24,000 nt of DNA from Winogradskyella costae (GCF_013403865.1 NZ_JABFDK010000007.1:154879-178878); one strand, 5' to 3'. Shown: positions 8,438-17,137, counted from the stretch's first letter. The notes: generated by a model not told the origin, from the sequence alone. Translations and numbers: made by a program.

Positions 8438-9050
8438 ACTACATTATATTTCTCAGGGCAAAACACCGCAAGATCATATAGAAAATATACAGAAGGCATG
8501 TGAAAACGGAGCAGAATTAGTACAGCTGCGTTTAAAAGAAATGGCACTAGATATCATTTTAGAAACTGCAGAAAAAGCTAGAGAAGTCACCACTCAATTT
8601 AAAGTGAAACTAATAATAAATGATCATTATAAAATAGCTAAAGCCGTAAAAGCAGACGGTGTTCATTTAGGAAAAACAGATACATGTCCATTAATAGCTA
8701 GAGTTTATTTGGGAAAACAATTTGTAATTGGTGGTACTGCAAACACTTTAGAAGATTGCAAAGGTTTAATAGAAAAGCAAGTGGATTATATTGGTTTAGG
8801 ACCTTTTCAGTTTACAGAAACTAAAAAGAATTTAAGTCCAGTTTTGGGTGTCGAAGGTTACAAGCAGTTAATAGATAAGCTAGAAAAAGACACGCCTATA
8901 ATTGCTATTGGTGGTATTGGTATGGAAGACGTTCTGACAATAATAAAAACAGGTGTTTACGGAATAGCCGTTTCTGGAACAATAACTAAAGATTTTACAA
9001 GTATTTCTAAGTTTTATGAAATCTTAAATTCGTCAGAGGTAAAAGCATAA
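8427..9050 (+). CDS. thiE: Thiamine-phosphate synthase ThiE (canonical motifs)
   Basis: 207 aa retaining ThiE signature residues: VQLRLK, IINDH, VHLGKTD, FTETKK, AIGGI and IAVSG. It overlaps the thiD 3' end by 11 nt. Confidence 0.88.
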   Translation: MLSKLHYISQGKTPQDHIENIQKACENGAELVQLRLKEMALDIILETAEKAREVTTQFKVKLIINDHYKIAKAVKADGVHLGKTDTCPLIARVYLGKQFVIGGTANTLEDCKGLIEKQVDYIGLGPFQFTETKKNLSPVLGVEGYKQLIDKLEKDTPIIAIGGIGMEDVLTIIKTGVYGIAVSGTITKDFTSISKFYEILNSSEVKA

Positions 9051-9087
9051 GCAGTCTTAATCTAACATAGATTCAAAAAAAGTAAAA

Positions 9088-9858
9088 ATGAATAAAATAT
9101 TAAAAATAGCAGATAAAGAATTTACCTCTAGATTATTCACAGGAACAGGAAAGTTTAGCGCTTCAGAAGTAATGAAAGACGCTTTATTAGCTTCCAAAAG
9201 TGAACTCATAACGGTTGCTTTAAAAAGAGTCGATGTTCAAAATAATGAAGATGATATTTTAAGGCATTTAAAGCATGCTCATATTAATTTATTGCCAAAC
9301 ACATCTGGGGTTAGAACCGCTAAAGAAGCCATTTTCGCAGCAGAATTATCAAGAGAGGCTTTAGGGACTAACTGGATTAAATTAGAAATTCATCCAGATC
9401 CTAGGTATTTATTACCAGACCCTATAGAAACTTTAAAAGCGGCTGAAGCATTAGTAAAATTGGGATTTGTAGTGATGCCTTACATTCATGCGGATCCTGT
9501 GTTGTGTAAGCGATTAGAAGATGTGGGCGTGCAATGTGTTATGCCATTGGGAGCACCGATAGGAAGTAACAAAGGATTAAAAACGCAAGATTTTTTAGAC
9601 ATTATTATCGAGCAATCTAATGTGCCTGTTATTGTAGATGCTGGTATTGGCGCACCATCGCATGCAGCTTATGCCATGGAATTAGGTGCGGATGCTGTCT
9701 TAGTAAATACGGCAATTGCAGTATCTAAAAATCCGGTAGCTATGGCAAAAGCATTCAAATTGGCCGTGGAAGCTGGTAGAATGGCGTTTGAAGCCAAACT
9801 CGCACCAATTAAAAATAAAGCGGAAGCGAGTAGTCCGCTAACAAGTTTTTTAAACTAA
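9088..9858 (+). CDS. thiG: Thiazole synthase ThiG
   Basis: 256 aa with typical ThiG blocks ([37 protein letters not shown]). Confidence 0.93.
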   Translation: MNKILKIADKEFTSRLFTGTGKFSASEVMKDALLASKSELITVALKRVDVQNNEDDILRHLKHAHINLLPNTSGVRTAKEAIFAAELSREALGTNWIKLEIHPDPRYLLPDPIETLKAAEALVKLGFVVMPYIHADPVLCKRLEDVGVQCVMPLGAPIGSNKGLKTQDFLDIIIEQSNVPVIVDAGIGAPSHAAYAMELGADAVLVNTAIAVSKNPVAMAKAFKLAVEAGRMAFEAKLAPIKNKAEASSPLTSFLN

Positions 9859-9861
9859 AAT

Positions 9862-10983
9862 ATGGCAAATTTCATAGAACTTTTCGATACTTATAATTGG
9901 GATAACACACTGAAAAGCATCTTCAGTAAAACAGAAGTTGAGGTAGAAAATGCTTTAGCAAAAGAAAAGCTGGATTTAGAAGATTTTAAAGCCTTAATTT
10001 CTCCTGCAGCAAAGCCATTTTTAGAACGAATGGCACAGAAAAGTAGCATGCTCACTAAAAAACGATTTGGTAATACCATACAAATGTATGCGCCAATGTA
10101 CTTAAGTAATGAGTGCCAGAACATCTGCACGTATTGCGGGTTTAGTATGACAAACAAAATACCAAGACGCACATTAACAGATGCTGAGATTTTAAAAGAG
10201 GTGGCATTTTTGAAAAAAAAAGGATATGATCATATCTTGTTAGTTACTGGAGAAGCCAATAAAACGGTAGGCGTCAATTATATTAAAAACGCGATTAAAA
10301 TAATACGTTCTCAATTCTCGAATATTACCATAGAAGTACAGCCTTTAGATCAAGAGGAATACGAGTTGTTAATTGAAAACGGATTGTACGCCGTATTGGT
10401 ATATCAAGAAACATATCACAGAGAAGAGTATAAGAAACACCATCCAAAAGGAAAGAAATCTAATTTTAATTACCGTTTAGATACACCAGATAGATTAGGG
10501 AAAGCAGGTGTTCATAAAATTGGATTAGGTGCTCTGTTTGGTTTAGAAGATTGGCGTGCAGATAGTTTTTTTACAGCCTTGCATTTAAAATATTTACAAA
10601 AAGCGTATTGGAAGACAAAGTACTCTATTTCATTTCCAAGATTAAGGCCGCATTCTGGAGGTTTAGAGCCAAAAGTAGAAATGACCGATAGTGATCTGGT
10701 GCAATTAATTTGTGCTTTTCGTTTGTTAGATGAAGATATAGAATTGTCTATGTCTACAAGGGAAAATGAAATATTTAGAAATAATATTGTTCAATTAGGT
10801 GCTACTTCAATTAGTGCAGAATCTAAAACAAATCCGGGTGGTTATACTGTAGAGCCACAATCTTTAGAACAGTTTGAAATTTCTGATGAAAGGAGTACAG
10901 AAGAAATCGTAAAAATGTTAAAAGGTCAAGGGTTAGAAGTGGTTTGGAAAGATTGGGAACATTTTGAAGAAATACAAAAGTAA
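9862..10983 (+). CDS. thiH: 2-iminoacetate synthase ThiH (tyrosine lyase, radical SAM)
   Basis: 373 aa with the radical-SAM cluster motif CQNICTYCGF. It lies immediately after thiG. Confidence 0.9.
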   Translation: MANFIELFDTYNWDNTLKSIFSKTEVEVENALAKEKLDLEDFKALISPAAKPFLERMAQKSSMLTKKRFGNTIQMYAPMYLSNECQNICTYCGFSMTNKIPRRTLTDAEILKEVAFLKKKGYDHILLVTGEANKTVGVNYIKNAIKIIRSQFSNITIEVQPLDQEEYELLIENGLYAVLVYQETYHREEYKKHHPKGKKSNFNYRLDTPDRLGKAGVHKIGLGALFGLEDWRADSFFTALHLKYLQKAYWKTKYSISFPRLRPHSGGLEPKVEMTDSDLVQLICAFRLLDEDIELSMSTRENEIFRNNIVQLGATSISAESKTNPGGYTVEPQSLEQFEISDERSTEEIVKMLKGQGLEVVWKDWEHFEEIQK

Positions 10984-12032
10984 TGAGTCTTACCATAGAA
11001 GAACGAAAGCAATACAGTCGTCATCTTATTTTAGATGAAATAGGGGAAGCAGGACAATTAAAACTGAAGCAAGCAAAGGTTTTAGTCATTGGTGCTGGTG
11101 GTTTAGGTTGTCCTGTTTTACAATATTTAACAGCGGCAGGTATTGGAACTATTGGTATAATAGACCATGACATAGTCGATCAAAGTAATTTACAACGTCA
11201 GATTTTATATACTATTAATGATGTTGGTTTTTCTAAAGCAGAAACAGCTGCTAAGCGGTTATCTCAATTGAATCCGTTTGTGCTTTTTAATACTTATAAC
11301 GAAAAACTAACTCGTGAAAATGCAATGGGGTTATTCTCTAATTATGATATAATAATAGACGGAAGTGATAATTTTTCAACGCGGTATTTAACAAACGATG
11401 CAGCAGTAATTATGAACAAACCTTTAGTTTACGGCGCTATTTTTAAATTCGACGGCCAAGTTAGTGTCTTTAATTATTTAGGAAGTGCAACTTATAGATG
11501 TTTGTATCCAACACCTCCAAAACCTGAAGCGTCTCCCAGTTGTTCAGAAATAGGTGTCCTGGGTGTTTTGCCTGGCATTATTGGGAGTTTACAGGCAAAT
11601 GAAGCCATTAAGCTTATTTGTGGTTTTGGAGAACTGTTGACGAATAAGCTGTTATTATTTGATGCTTTAAGTTTGAATCAACAGATAATGGGTTTTGAAA
11701 GAGATGAAACGTCAACAATTAATGCTTTAGAAAAAGATTATAATTTTTTCTGCGGCATTGTTTCAACTAAAGAGATCACATTAGATGAATTGAATAGAAA
11801 CAAAGAGAATTATAATTTGTTAGATGTTAGAGAAGCATCAGAAAGAGAAGCGTATCATATAGGTGGACAACATATTCCTTTAGGACAGTTATCAAAACGA
11901 TTTAAAGAAATAGATATTACTTTACCTATTGTAGTTTATTGTAAGTCAGGAAAAAGAAGTCATAGCGCCATTTCTTATTTAAAAGCGAAATTAGATAAGG
12001 CTGTTTTTTACAATTTAAAAGAAGGGGTATAG
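10983..12032 (+). CDS. thiF: ThiS/MoaD adenylyltransferase (ThiF/MoeB family) fused to a C-terminal rhodanese domain
   Basis: The N-terminus is YSRHL...VLVIGAGGLGCP (E1-like nucleotide-binding fold). The C-terminal ~100 aa form a rhodanese domain with the active-site loop VVYCKSGKRS. Its start overlaps the thiH stop (TAATG). Confidence 0.85.
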   Translation: MSLTIEERKQYSRHLILDEIGEAGQLKLKQAKVLVIGAGGLGCPVLQYLTAAGIGTIGIIDHDIVDQSNLQRQILYTINDVGFSKAETAAKRLSQLNPFVLFNTYNEKLTRENAMGLFSNYDIIIDGSDNFSTRYLTNDAAVIMNKPLVYGAIFKFDGQVSVFNYLGSATYRCLYPTPPKPEASPSCSEIGVLGVLPGIIGSLQANEAIKLICGFGELLTNKLLLFDALSLNQQIMGFERDETSTINALEKDYNFFCGIVSTKEITLDELNRNKENYNLLDVREASEREAYHIGGQHIPLGQLSKRFKEIDITLPIVVYCKSGKRSHSAISYLKAKLDKAVFYNLKEGV

Positions 12033-12036
12033 CTGT

Positions 12037-12069
12037 GAGTTTTGGGCGTAGTTTTACAAGGGTATTGTC
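12037..12069. repeat. Degenerate head fragment of the 1975-2068 repeat family
   Basis: GAGTTTTGGGCGTAGTTTTACAAGGGT shares the blocks GAGT, TTTGGGCGT and ACAAGGGT with GAGTAATTTGGGCGTTACCACAAGGGT at 1969-1995. Like that copy, it starts just after a stop codon. Confidence 0.35.
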
Positions 12070-12184
12070 AAGAAGAGTATCAGTAAAAGTTTTTAGTACT
12101 TAGGAGTAATTTAATGAAGGGATCGATTCTTTTTTAGAGAAAAAATAAAAATAGAGAAATTATTTAATTTTCAGGCATAAAAAA

Positions 12185-12203
12185 GCCTATCTAAAAGATA
12201 GGC
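12185..12203. terminator. Bidirectional rho-independent terminator between convergent thiF and csp
   Basis: GCCTATC taaaa GATAGGC is flanked by an A run on the left and T-rich sequence on the right. On the minus strand it reads hairpin plus TTTTTTAT downstream of csp. Confidence 0.7.
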
Positions 12204-12234
12204 CTTATTCTTAAAAAGATTGAAAGGTATATAA

Positions 12235-12426
12235 TTATATAACTTTTACATTTACTGCGTTTAATCCTTTTTTTCCTTCTGCTAAATCGAATTCTACATT
12301 GTCTCCTTCTCTAATCTCATCGACTAAACCAGAAATGTGTACAAAATGCTCTTTGTTGTTTCCTTCTTCTGTTATGAATCCAAAACCTTTAGAGTCATTA
12401 AAAAATTTTACTGTACCAGTACTCAT
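12235..12426 (-). CDS. Cold-shock protein (CspA family, S1-like cold-shock domain)
   Basis: The translation MSTGTVKFFNDSKGFGFI...HFVHISGL contains the RNP-1 (KGFGFI) and RNP-2-like (FVHIS) motifs. I chose the ATG at 12426 (63 aa) rather than the track's upstream start at 12453, which adds a non-homologous MHLNLIYYN extension. Confidence 0.92.
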   Translation of the reverse strand: MSTGTVKFFNDSKGFGFITEEGNNKEHFVHISGLVDEIREGDNVEFDLAEGKKGLNAVNVKVI

Positions 12427-12450
12427 ATTATAATATATTAAATTAAGATG

Positions 12451-12458
12451 CAAATATA
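12451..12458 (-). promoter_or_regulatory. Candidate -7 box (TATATTTG on the minus strand) for csp
   Basis: Exact TAnnTTTG match 25 nt upstream of the csp ATG. A TTG lies 18 nt further upstream, within the 12463-12485 palindrome. Confidence 0.45.
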
Positions 12459-12547
12459 ATGTAATTAATTGAAATTCAATTAATTTAATGCAGTTATTTT
12501 TTGTTGTACTAACTGTCTATCTTGTCAATGTTTATATGCTAAGTAAT

Positions 12548-14449
12548 CTAAATATTATACTCTGACAGGGGTCTGGTAAATTTTTCAGGATCCGCTGCTA
12601 AATGATAGCGGGGGTCATCAATGGCTTCAACGATAACATCTTTAAATTTAGGACTCGCTTTGTACAGTAAAATCTTACAATCTTCACTTAAATGTTTAAG
12701 TCTAATTGTTTTTCCTTCAGCTTGATATTTTTCAACAATAATAAAAATAGCTTCAATTGCTGAATGGTCTGATATACGCGCTTCAACAAAATCAATCTCT
12801 ATATTATCTGGATCATTTTTAATATCGAATTTTTCATTAAAAGCGGTAATGCTTCCGAAGAATAATGGCCCCCAAATTTCATATGTTTTTGTACCATCGG
12901 CTTGAATACGCTTACGTGCTCTAATTTTCTTAGCATTTTCCCATGCAAAAGATAAGGCTGAAATAATTACACCAACGAATACAGCTATAGCTAAATCGAA
13001 GAAAACCGTTACTACAGATACAATAACAAGTACTACGGCATCTGATACTGGTATCTTTTTCATGATTCGGAAACTAGACCATGCAAATGTTTCAATGACC
13101 ATCATAAACATAACTCCTACTAAGGCTGCAATTGGCACTTGCTCAATATATTTATCTGCAAATAAAATGAAAGTAAGTAAAGTAATTGCCATCATTACTC
13201 CAGATAAGCGTCCTCTACCTCCGGCATTAACATTAATTACAGTTTGTCCTATCATTCCACAACCACCAGTTCCACCAAAGATTCCACTCAGCATGTTTCC
13301 AGAACCTTGCGCGATACATTCTCTGTTGCCATCTCCCCTAGAATCTGTTAATTCGTCTACCAAGTTCATTGTCATTAATGTTTCTATCAATCCTACTGAT
13401 GCGGCTAAAAAGGCATATGGTGCAATAAATTTTAGCGTGTCTAAGTTAAATGGTAAATGACTCCAAAGTTCACCAAGATTTAGTTTGCTAGACAATTCAT
13501 CAAATCCATTTAAACCGGCACCGCCACCATCTCTAATGAAATCGCCTACATTAATAGAATGAAGGCCTCCAAAAATGGAAATTAAAGTCACTATTAGAAT
13601 GGCTGTTAAGGCAGCAGGCATTTTTTTTGTTAATTTTGGTAATCCCCAAATTATAAACATAGTTAGCAAAACTAAAGCAATCATGATGTATAGTTTTTGT
13701 CCTTCCATAGTGGACTTAACAACGCCATTATCTTTTACAGAATATAAGCCATTATCTTTTATATTGAAAACAACTTGCTTAGTGTCGACGTCAAAAACTT
13801 GATTATTGGCTATGACAAAAACTTCTTCACCAGTAGTTATATTTGTTATGGATTCTCCATTTATTGAGAATATTTTAGTGTCAGAAATTAAATCTTTTAC
13901 AGCGTTATCATTGATGTTGTAAATCAACTCTTTAGATTGTGTTTTGCGCATGTTTTGTCCAAAAACATCCTTGGTGTTTTCTTTAAACATACCAAGTTGT
14001 GCTAAGAAAATTACAATTGCTAATCCGTTTACAAATCCTAGCATTACAGGGTGAGGAATTAAACGCACAAATTTACCAAGCTTAAAGACTCCTGCTAATA
14101 TTTGAATTAGTCCCATCAAAACAACGGCTGCCAGTAAATAAAAATACCCCATGTTTTCAACAGGAGTATCAAATAGTAACCCTTTAGCATGTCCTTCTTG
14201 AATCATATGAACAAAAATTACAGCGACAGCTCCGGCAGCACCTGAGATTAAACCAGGTCTTCCGCCAAATAATGCAGAAATAATTCCAATTATAAATGCA
14301 CCAAATAGTGCAACGATCGGACTAATTTGTGCAACGAATGCAAAGGCAACGACTTCCGGAATCATTGCTAGAGATACGGTGATACCTGCAAGAATGTCGT
14401 TCTTAGGGTTTTGAGTAAAGTTCTTTAGGGTATTTTGCCCAAGTTTCAT
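12548..14449 (-). CDS. SulP-family inorganic anion transporter with C-terminal STAS domain
   Basis: 633 aa. The N-terminal multi-TM region has SulP blocks (GITVSLAMIPE, GGRPGLISG, IPHPVMLGFVNGLA). The C-terminal cytoplasmic STAS-like domain includes YEIWGPLFFGS...DFVEARISDHSAIEAI. Confidence 0.88.
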   Translation of the reverse strand: MKLGQNTLKNFTQNPKNDILAGITVSLAMIPEVVAFAFVAQISPIVALFGAFIIGIISALFGGRPGLISGAAGAVAVIFVHMIQEGHAKGLLFDTPVENMGYFYLLAAVVLMGLIQILAGVFKLGKFVRLIPHPVMLGFVNGLAIVIFLAQLGMFKENTKDVFGQNMRKTQSKELIYNINDNAVKDLISDTKIFSINGESITNITTGEEVFVIANNQVFDVDTKQVVFNIKDNGLYSVKDNGVVKSTMEGQKLYIMIALVLLTMFIIWGLPKLTKKMPAALTAILIVTLISIFGGLHSINVGDFIRDGGGAGLNGFDELSSKLNLGELWSHLPFNLDTLKFIAPYAFLAASVGLIETLMTMNLVDELTDSRGDGNRECIAQGSGNMLSGIFGGTGGCGMIGQTVINVNAGGRGRLSGVMMAITLLTFILFADKYIEQVPIAALVGVMFMMVIETFAWSSFRIMKKIPVSDAVVLVIVSVVTVFFDLAIAVFVGVIISALSFAWENAKKIRARKRIQADGTKTYEIWGPLFFGSITAFNEKFDIKNDPDNIEIDFVEARISDHSAIEAIFIIVEKYQAEGKTIRLKHLSEDCKILLYKASPKFKDVIVEAIDDPRYHLAADPEKFTRPLSEYNI

Positions 14450-14471
14450 AGTATTTGCTTTTAAAAGTCGG

Positions 14472-14479
14472 CAAAGATA
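14472..14479 (-). promoter_or_regulatory. Candidate -7 box (TATCTTTG on the minus strand) for the SulP gene
   Basis: Exact TAnnTTTG match 23 nt upstream of the ATG at 14449. Confidence 0.4.
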
Positions 14480-14524
14480 GATTATTTAGATTAAAGGTAT
14501 AAGAATGAACTAATCTAAAAGAAA

Positions 14525-14550
14525 AAAGCACTAGTATTCACTAGTGCTTT
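14525..14550 (-). terminator. Rho-independent terminator downstream of the DUF4136-like lipoprotein gene
   Basis: AAAGCACTAGT attc ACTAGTGCTTT forms an 11-bp stem. On the minus strand it is followed by TTTTTTCTTTT. Confidence 0.8.
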
Positions 14551-14567
14551 TGGTTTGTGTGATGATT

Positions 14568-15119
14568 TTATTTTTTATCAGGTGGAAACTGTGTCAACAT
14601 TTCTGATACAAATTCTTTAATACGTGCGTCTTTCTTATCTGGGTTGCTAGCGTTAAGATTTCCTGTGCCCGAACCTTGCCAAATTAATTCTTTTTTGTTA
14701 GCATCAATAAGATCTATAAATAGCATTCCTTCAGTAGTCGTTGTAACTTGGTTGTTGTTCCAGCCAGATCTCCAGCCCCAGCCACCATAACCGCCCCAGC
14801 CCCAAGCTCCATTGCCCCAAGCATTGTTGTAAACATCAACACGTTGGTTCGATTTAGTGAATATACTCACTAACATGTTGGGGTTTTCTGATTTTGTATA
14901 GCCTTTAGCCATTAGTTCTGCTTCAATGGCTCTTAGAATTCTACGTTTATCAATATCATTGATTTCTGCTTTGTCAATACCTGGTTTAAAAAAGGCAAAG
15001 GTTTTATAATTGTCAAAATTTGCTTCTCTATCATAATCGGCAGCAACCCTTACCGAGCTGCAAGATGTTAGTCCTATCAATAGAAGAAACATTGGAGTAA
15101 ATTTTAATAGCTTTTTCAT
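14568..15119 (-). CDS. Lipoprotein, DUF4136-like, with an internal Gly/Trp-rich segment
   Basis: Signal peptide plus lipobox (LLLIGLTSC). The RVAADYDREANFDNYKTFAFF start resembles the DUF4136 family as I recall it. The low-complexity stretch is AWGNGAWGWGGYGGWGWRSGW. Confidence 0.65.
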   Translation of the reverse strand: MKKLLKFTPMFLLLIGLTSCSSVRVAADYDREANFDNYKTFAFFKPGIDKAEINDIDKRRILRAIEAELMAKGYTKSENPNMLVSIFTKSNQRVDVYNNAWGNGAWGWGGYGGWGWRSGWNNNQVTTTTEGMLFIDLIDANKKELIWQGSGTGNLNASNPDKKDARIKEFVSEMLTQFPPDKK

Positions 15120-15142
15120 AATGGCTTTTTTTTTAATTATAC

Positions 15143-17137
15143 TTAGTCTAATATATTGTCATCAACGAAATTAGGTAACGTTACTTTTAAATTTGGTTCG
15201 ATTTCCATCGCGCGTTTTATCGCAAAAACGGCACCTTCATTTCTTGCCCAGCTTCGTCTTGATATACCGTTATTAACGTCCCAAAATAGCATTTGTTTTA
15301 ATTTTTTGGATGCTTCCTTAGTACCATCAAGAACCATACCAAATCCGCCGTTTATAACTTCGCCCCATCCGACGCCTCCACCGTTGTGAATGCTTACCCA
15401 TGTGGCTCCTCTAAAACTATCACCAATTACATTTTGTATGGACATATCTGCCGTAAAACGCGAGCCGTCGTAAATATTGCTCGTCTCTCTATATGGGGAA
15501 TCGGTTCCTGAAACATCATGATGATCTCTTCCTAAAATAACAGTTTCAATTTCACCATTTTTTATAGCTTGGTTAAAGGCTTCGGCAATTTTCATTCGGC
15601 CTTCTGCATCTGCATATAAGATTCGGGCCTGAGAGCCTACAACAAGTTTGTTTTCTTGTGCACCTTTAATCCATTGAATATTATCAGCCATTTGTTGCTG
15701 AATTTCTTTTGGTGAATTCTTTTTAATATCTTCTAAAACTTTACAGGCAATAGCATCCGTTTTTATCAAATCTTCCGGTTTACCTGAAGCACAAACCCAA
15801 CGAAATGGGCCAAAGCCGTAATCGAAACACATTGGTCCCATAATATCTTGTACGTAACTTGGGTATCTAAAATCGATACCATTTTCTGCCATAATATCGG
15901 CACCAGCACGAGAGGCTTCCAATAAAAAGGCATTTCCATAATCGAAGAAATAAGTGCCTTTTGAGGTGTGCTTATTTATAGCGTTTGTATGACGTCGTAA
16001 GGTTTCTTGAACTTTCTCTTTAAATAATTCGGGTTGATTCGCCATCATGTCGTTAGCATCATCAAAAGAAATATCTACAGGATAATAACCTCCAGCCCAA
16101 GGATTATGAAGTGATGTTTGATCACTTCCTAAATCAACATGAACATTAGCTTCATCAAATTTTTCCCATACGTCTACAATGTTACCGAGATATGCGATTG
16201 AAATAGTTTCTTTTTCAGCTTTAGCTTTTTCTACACGATTAACCAATTGATCTAAATCTGTTATTTTTTCATCAATCCAGCCTTGGTCTAATCGCACTTG
16301 TGTGATTTTTGGATTTACTTCTGCACAAACTGTGATACAGCCAGCAATATTTCCTGCTTTTGGTTGCGCGCCAGACATACCTCCTAAACCTGAAGTTACA
16401 AATAAATTACCTTTTGGTTCTTTTTTAATTTTTCTAAAGCCGTTGAGTACTGTAATCGTTGTGCCATGTACAATCCCTTGTGGTCCAATATACATGTAGC
16501 TTCCAGCTGTCATTTGTCCATATTGTGTTACGCCTAGAGCATTGAATTTTTCCCAGTCATCAGGCTTAGAGTAATTAGGAATCATCATGCCGTTAGTCAC
16601 CACAACTCTTGGTGCTTCTTTATGCGATGGGAACAATCCCATAGGATGACCAGAATACATAGTTAAGGTTTGTTCATCATTCATCTCGGCCAAATACTTC
16701 ATGGTTAATCGGTATTGTGCCCAATTTGAAAACACACCGCCATTACCACCGTAAGTAATTAATTCATGCGGATGTTGTGCTACAGCGTAATCTAAATTGT
16801 TCTGAATCATTAGCATTATAGCCGCTGTCTGAGTTGATTTTGCTGGATATTCAGAAATTGGTCTGGCATACATTTTATAATCTGGTCGTAAACGGTACAT
16901 GTAGATTCTGCCATAAGTATCTAACTCGTTTTTAAACTCAGGTAATAAGGTTTTATGATCTTTTTTATCAAAATAACGCAAAGCATTTCTAAGCGCTAAT
17001 TTTTCTTCTTCTGCAGAAAGAATAGCTTTACGTTTTGGTGCATGATTTATCGAAGCATCGTAAGGTTTTGGTTCTGGTAATATATTTGGAATGCCTTCTA
17101 ATATTTGATCTTTGAATGAGAGATTTGTAGTATGCAT
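15143..17137 (-). CDS. hutU: Urocanate hydratase (urocanase), long form
   Basis: About 664 aa from the ATG at 17137. Conserved urocanase blocks are present (TYGGNGGVF, GGMSGAQPKA, GRDHHD, HNGGGVGWGE). I prefer the ATG at 17137 to the track's TTG at 17179, because that ATG overlaps the stop of the upstream small ORF (TAATG). Confidence 0.93.
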   Translation of the reverse strand: MHTTNLSFKDQILEGIPNILPEPKPYDASINHAPKRKAILSAEEEKLALRNALRYFDKKDHKTLLPEFKNELDTYGRIYMYRLRPDYKMYARPISEYPAKSTQTAAIMLMIQNNLDYAVAQHPHELITYGGNGGVFSNWAQYRLTMKYLAEMNDEQTLTMYSGHPMGLFPSHKEAPRVVVTNGMMIPNYSKPDDWEKFNALGVTQYGQMTAGSYMYIGPQGIVHGTTITVLNGFRKIKKEPKGNLFVTSGLGGMSGAQPKAGNIAGCITVCAEVNPKITQVRLDQGWIDEKITDLDQLVNRVEKAKAEKETISIAYLGNIVDVWEKFDEANVHVDLGSDQTSLHNPWAGGYYPVDISFDDANDMMANQPELFKEKVQETLRRHTNAINKHTSKGTYFFDYGNAFLLEASRAGADIMAENGIDFRYPSYVQDIMGPMCFDYGFGPFRWVCASGKPEDLIKTDAIACKVLEDIKKNSPKEIQQQMADNIQWIKGAQENKLVVGSQARILYADAEGRMKIAEAFNQAIKNGEIETVILGRDHHDVSGTDSPYRETSNIYDGSRFTADMSIQNVIGDSFRGATWVSIHNGGGVGWGEVINGGFGMVLDGTKEASKKLKQMLFWDVNNGISRRSWARNEGAVFAIKRAMEIEPNLKVTLPNFVDDNILD

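Noticed and set aside
7386-8547. Minus-strand ORFs 7386-7718 and 8218-8547
   Set aside because: They are antisense to the TenI-like/thiD and thiD/thiE genes, with hydrophobic low-complexity translations. These look like shadow ORFs in AT-rich DNA.
9891-10172. 93-aa minus-strand ORF inside thiH
   Set aside because: It is antisense to the radical-SAM core of thiH and has no motifs.
12427-12453. N-terminal extension of csp (MHLNLIYYN) from the track's start at 12453
   Set aside because: Csp proteins start right at the MSTGTVKFFN-type sequence. The extension would also run through the exact TAnnTTTG -7 box (12451-12458).
13062-13802. Plus-strand ORFs 13062-13460 and 13575-13802
   Set aside because: They are antisense to the SulP transporter CDS. 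The Pro/Ile-rich translations mirror the Gly-rich TM segments of the real gene.
14485-14519. 9-bp AT-only inverted repeat TTTAGATTA ... TAATCTAAA with a 17-nt loop, upstream of the SulP gene
   Set aside because: It is AT-only with a long loop and lies in AT-rich promoter DNA. Its predicted stability is too low, and the chance expectation too high, to call a regulatory element.
14751-14828. DNA-level repetitive CCAGCCCCA/CCACCATAACC stretch that looks like a tandem repeat
   Set aside because: It is the coding sequence for the Gly/Trp-rich low-complexity segment (AWGNGAWGWGGYGGWGWRSGW) of the lipoprotein. It is in frame and is not an independent repeat locus.
15195-15206. tRNA T-arm-like string GGTTCGATTTCC
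   Set aside because: It lies inside the hutU coding region on the antisense strand. It has no acceptor or anticodon stem context and is a chance match.
15156-16499. Plus-strand ORFs 15156-15389 and 16302-16499
   Set aside because: They are antisense to conserved hutU blocks. These look like shadow ORFs.
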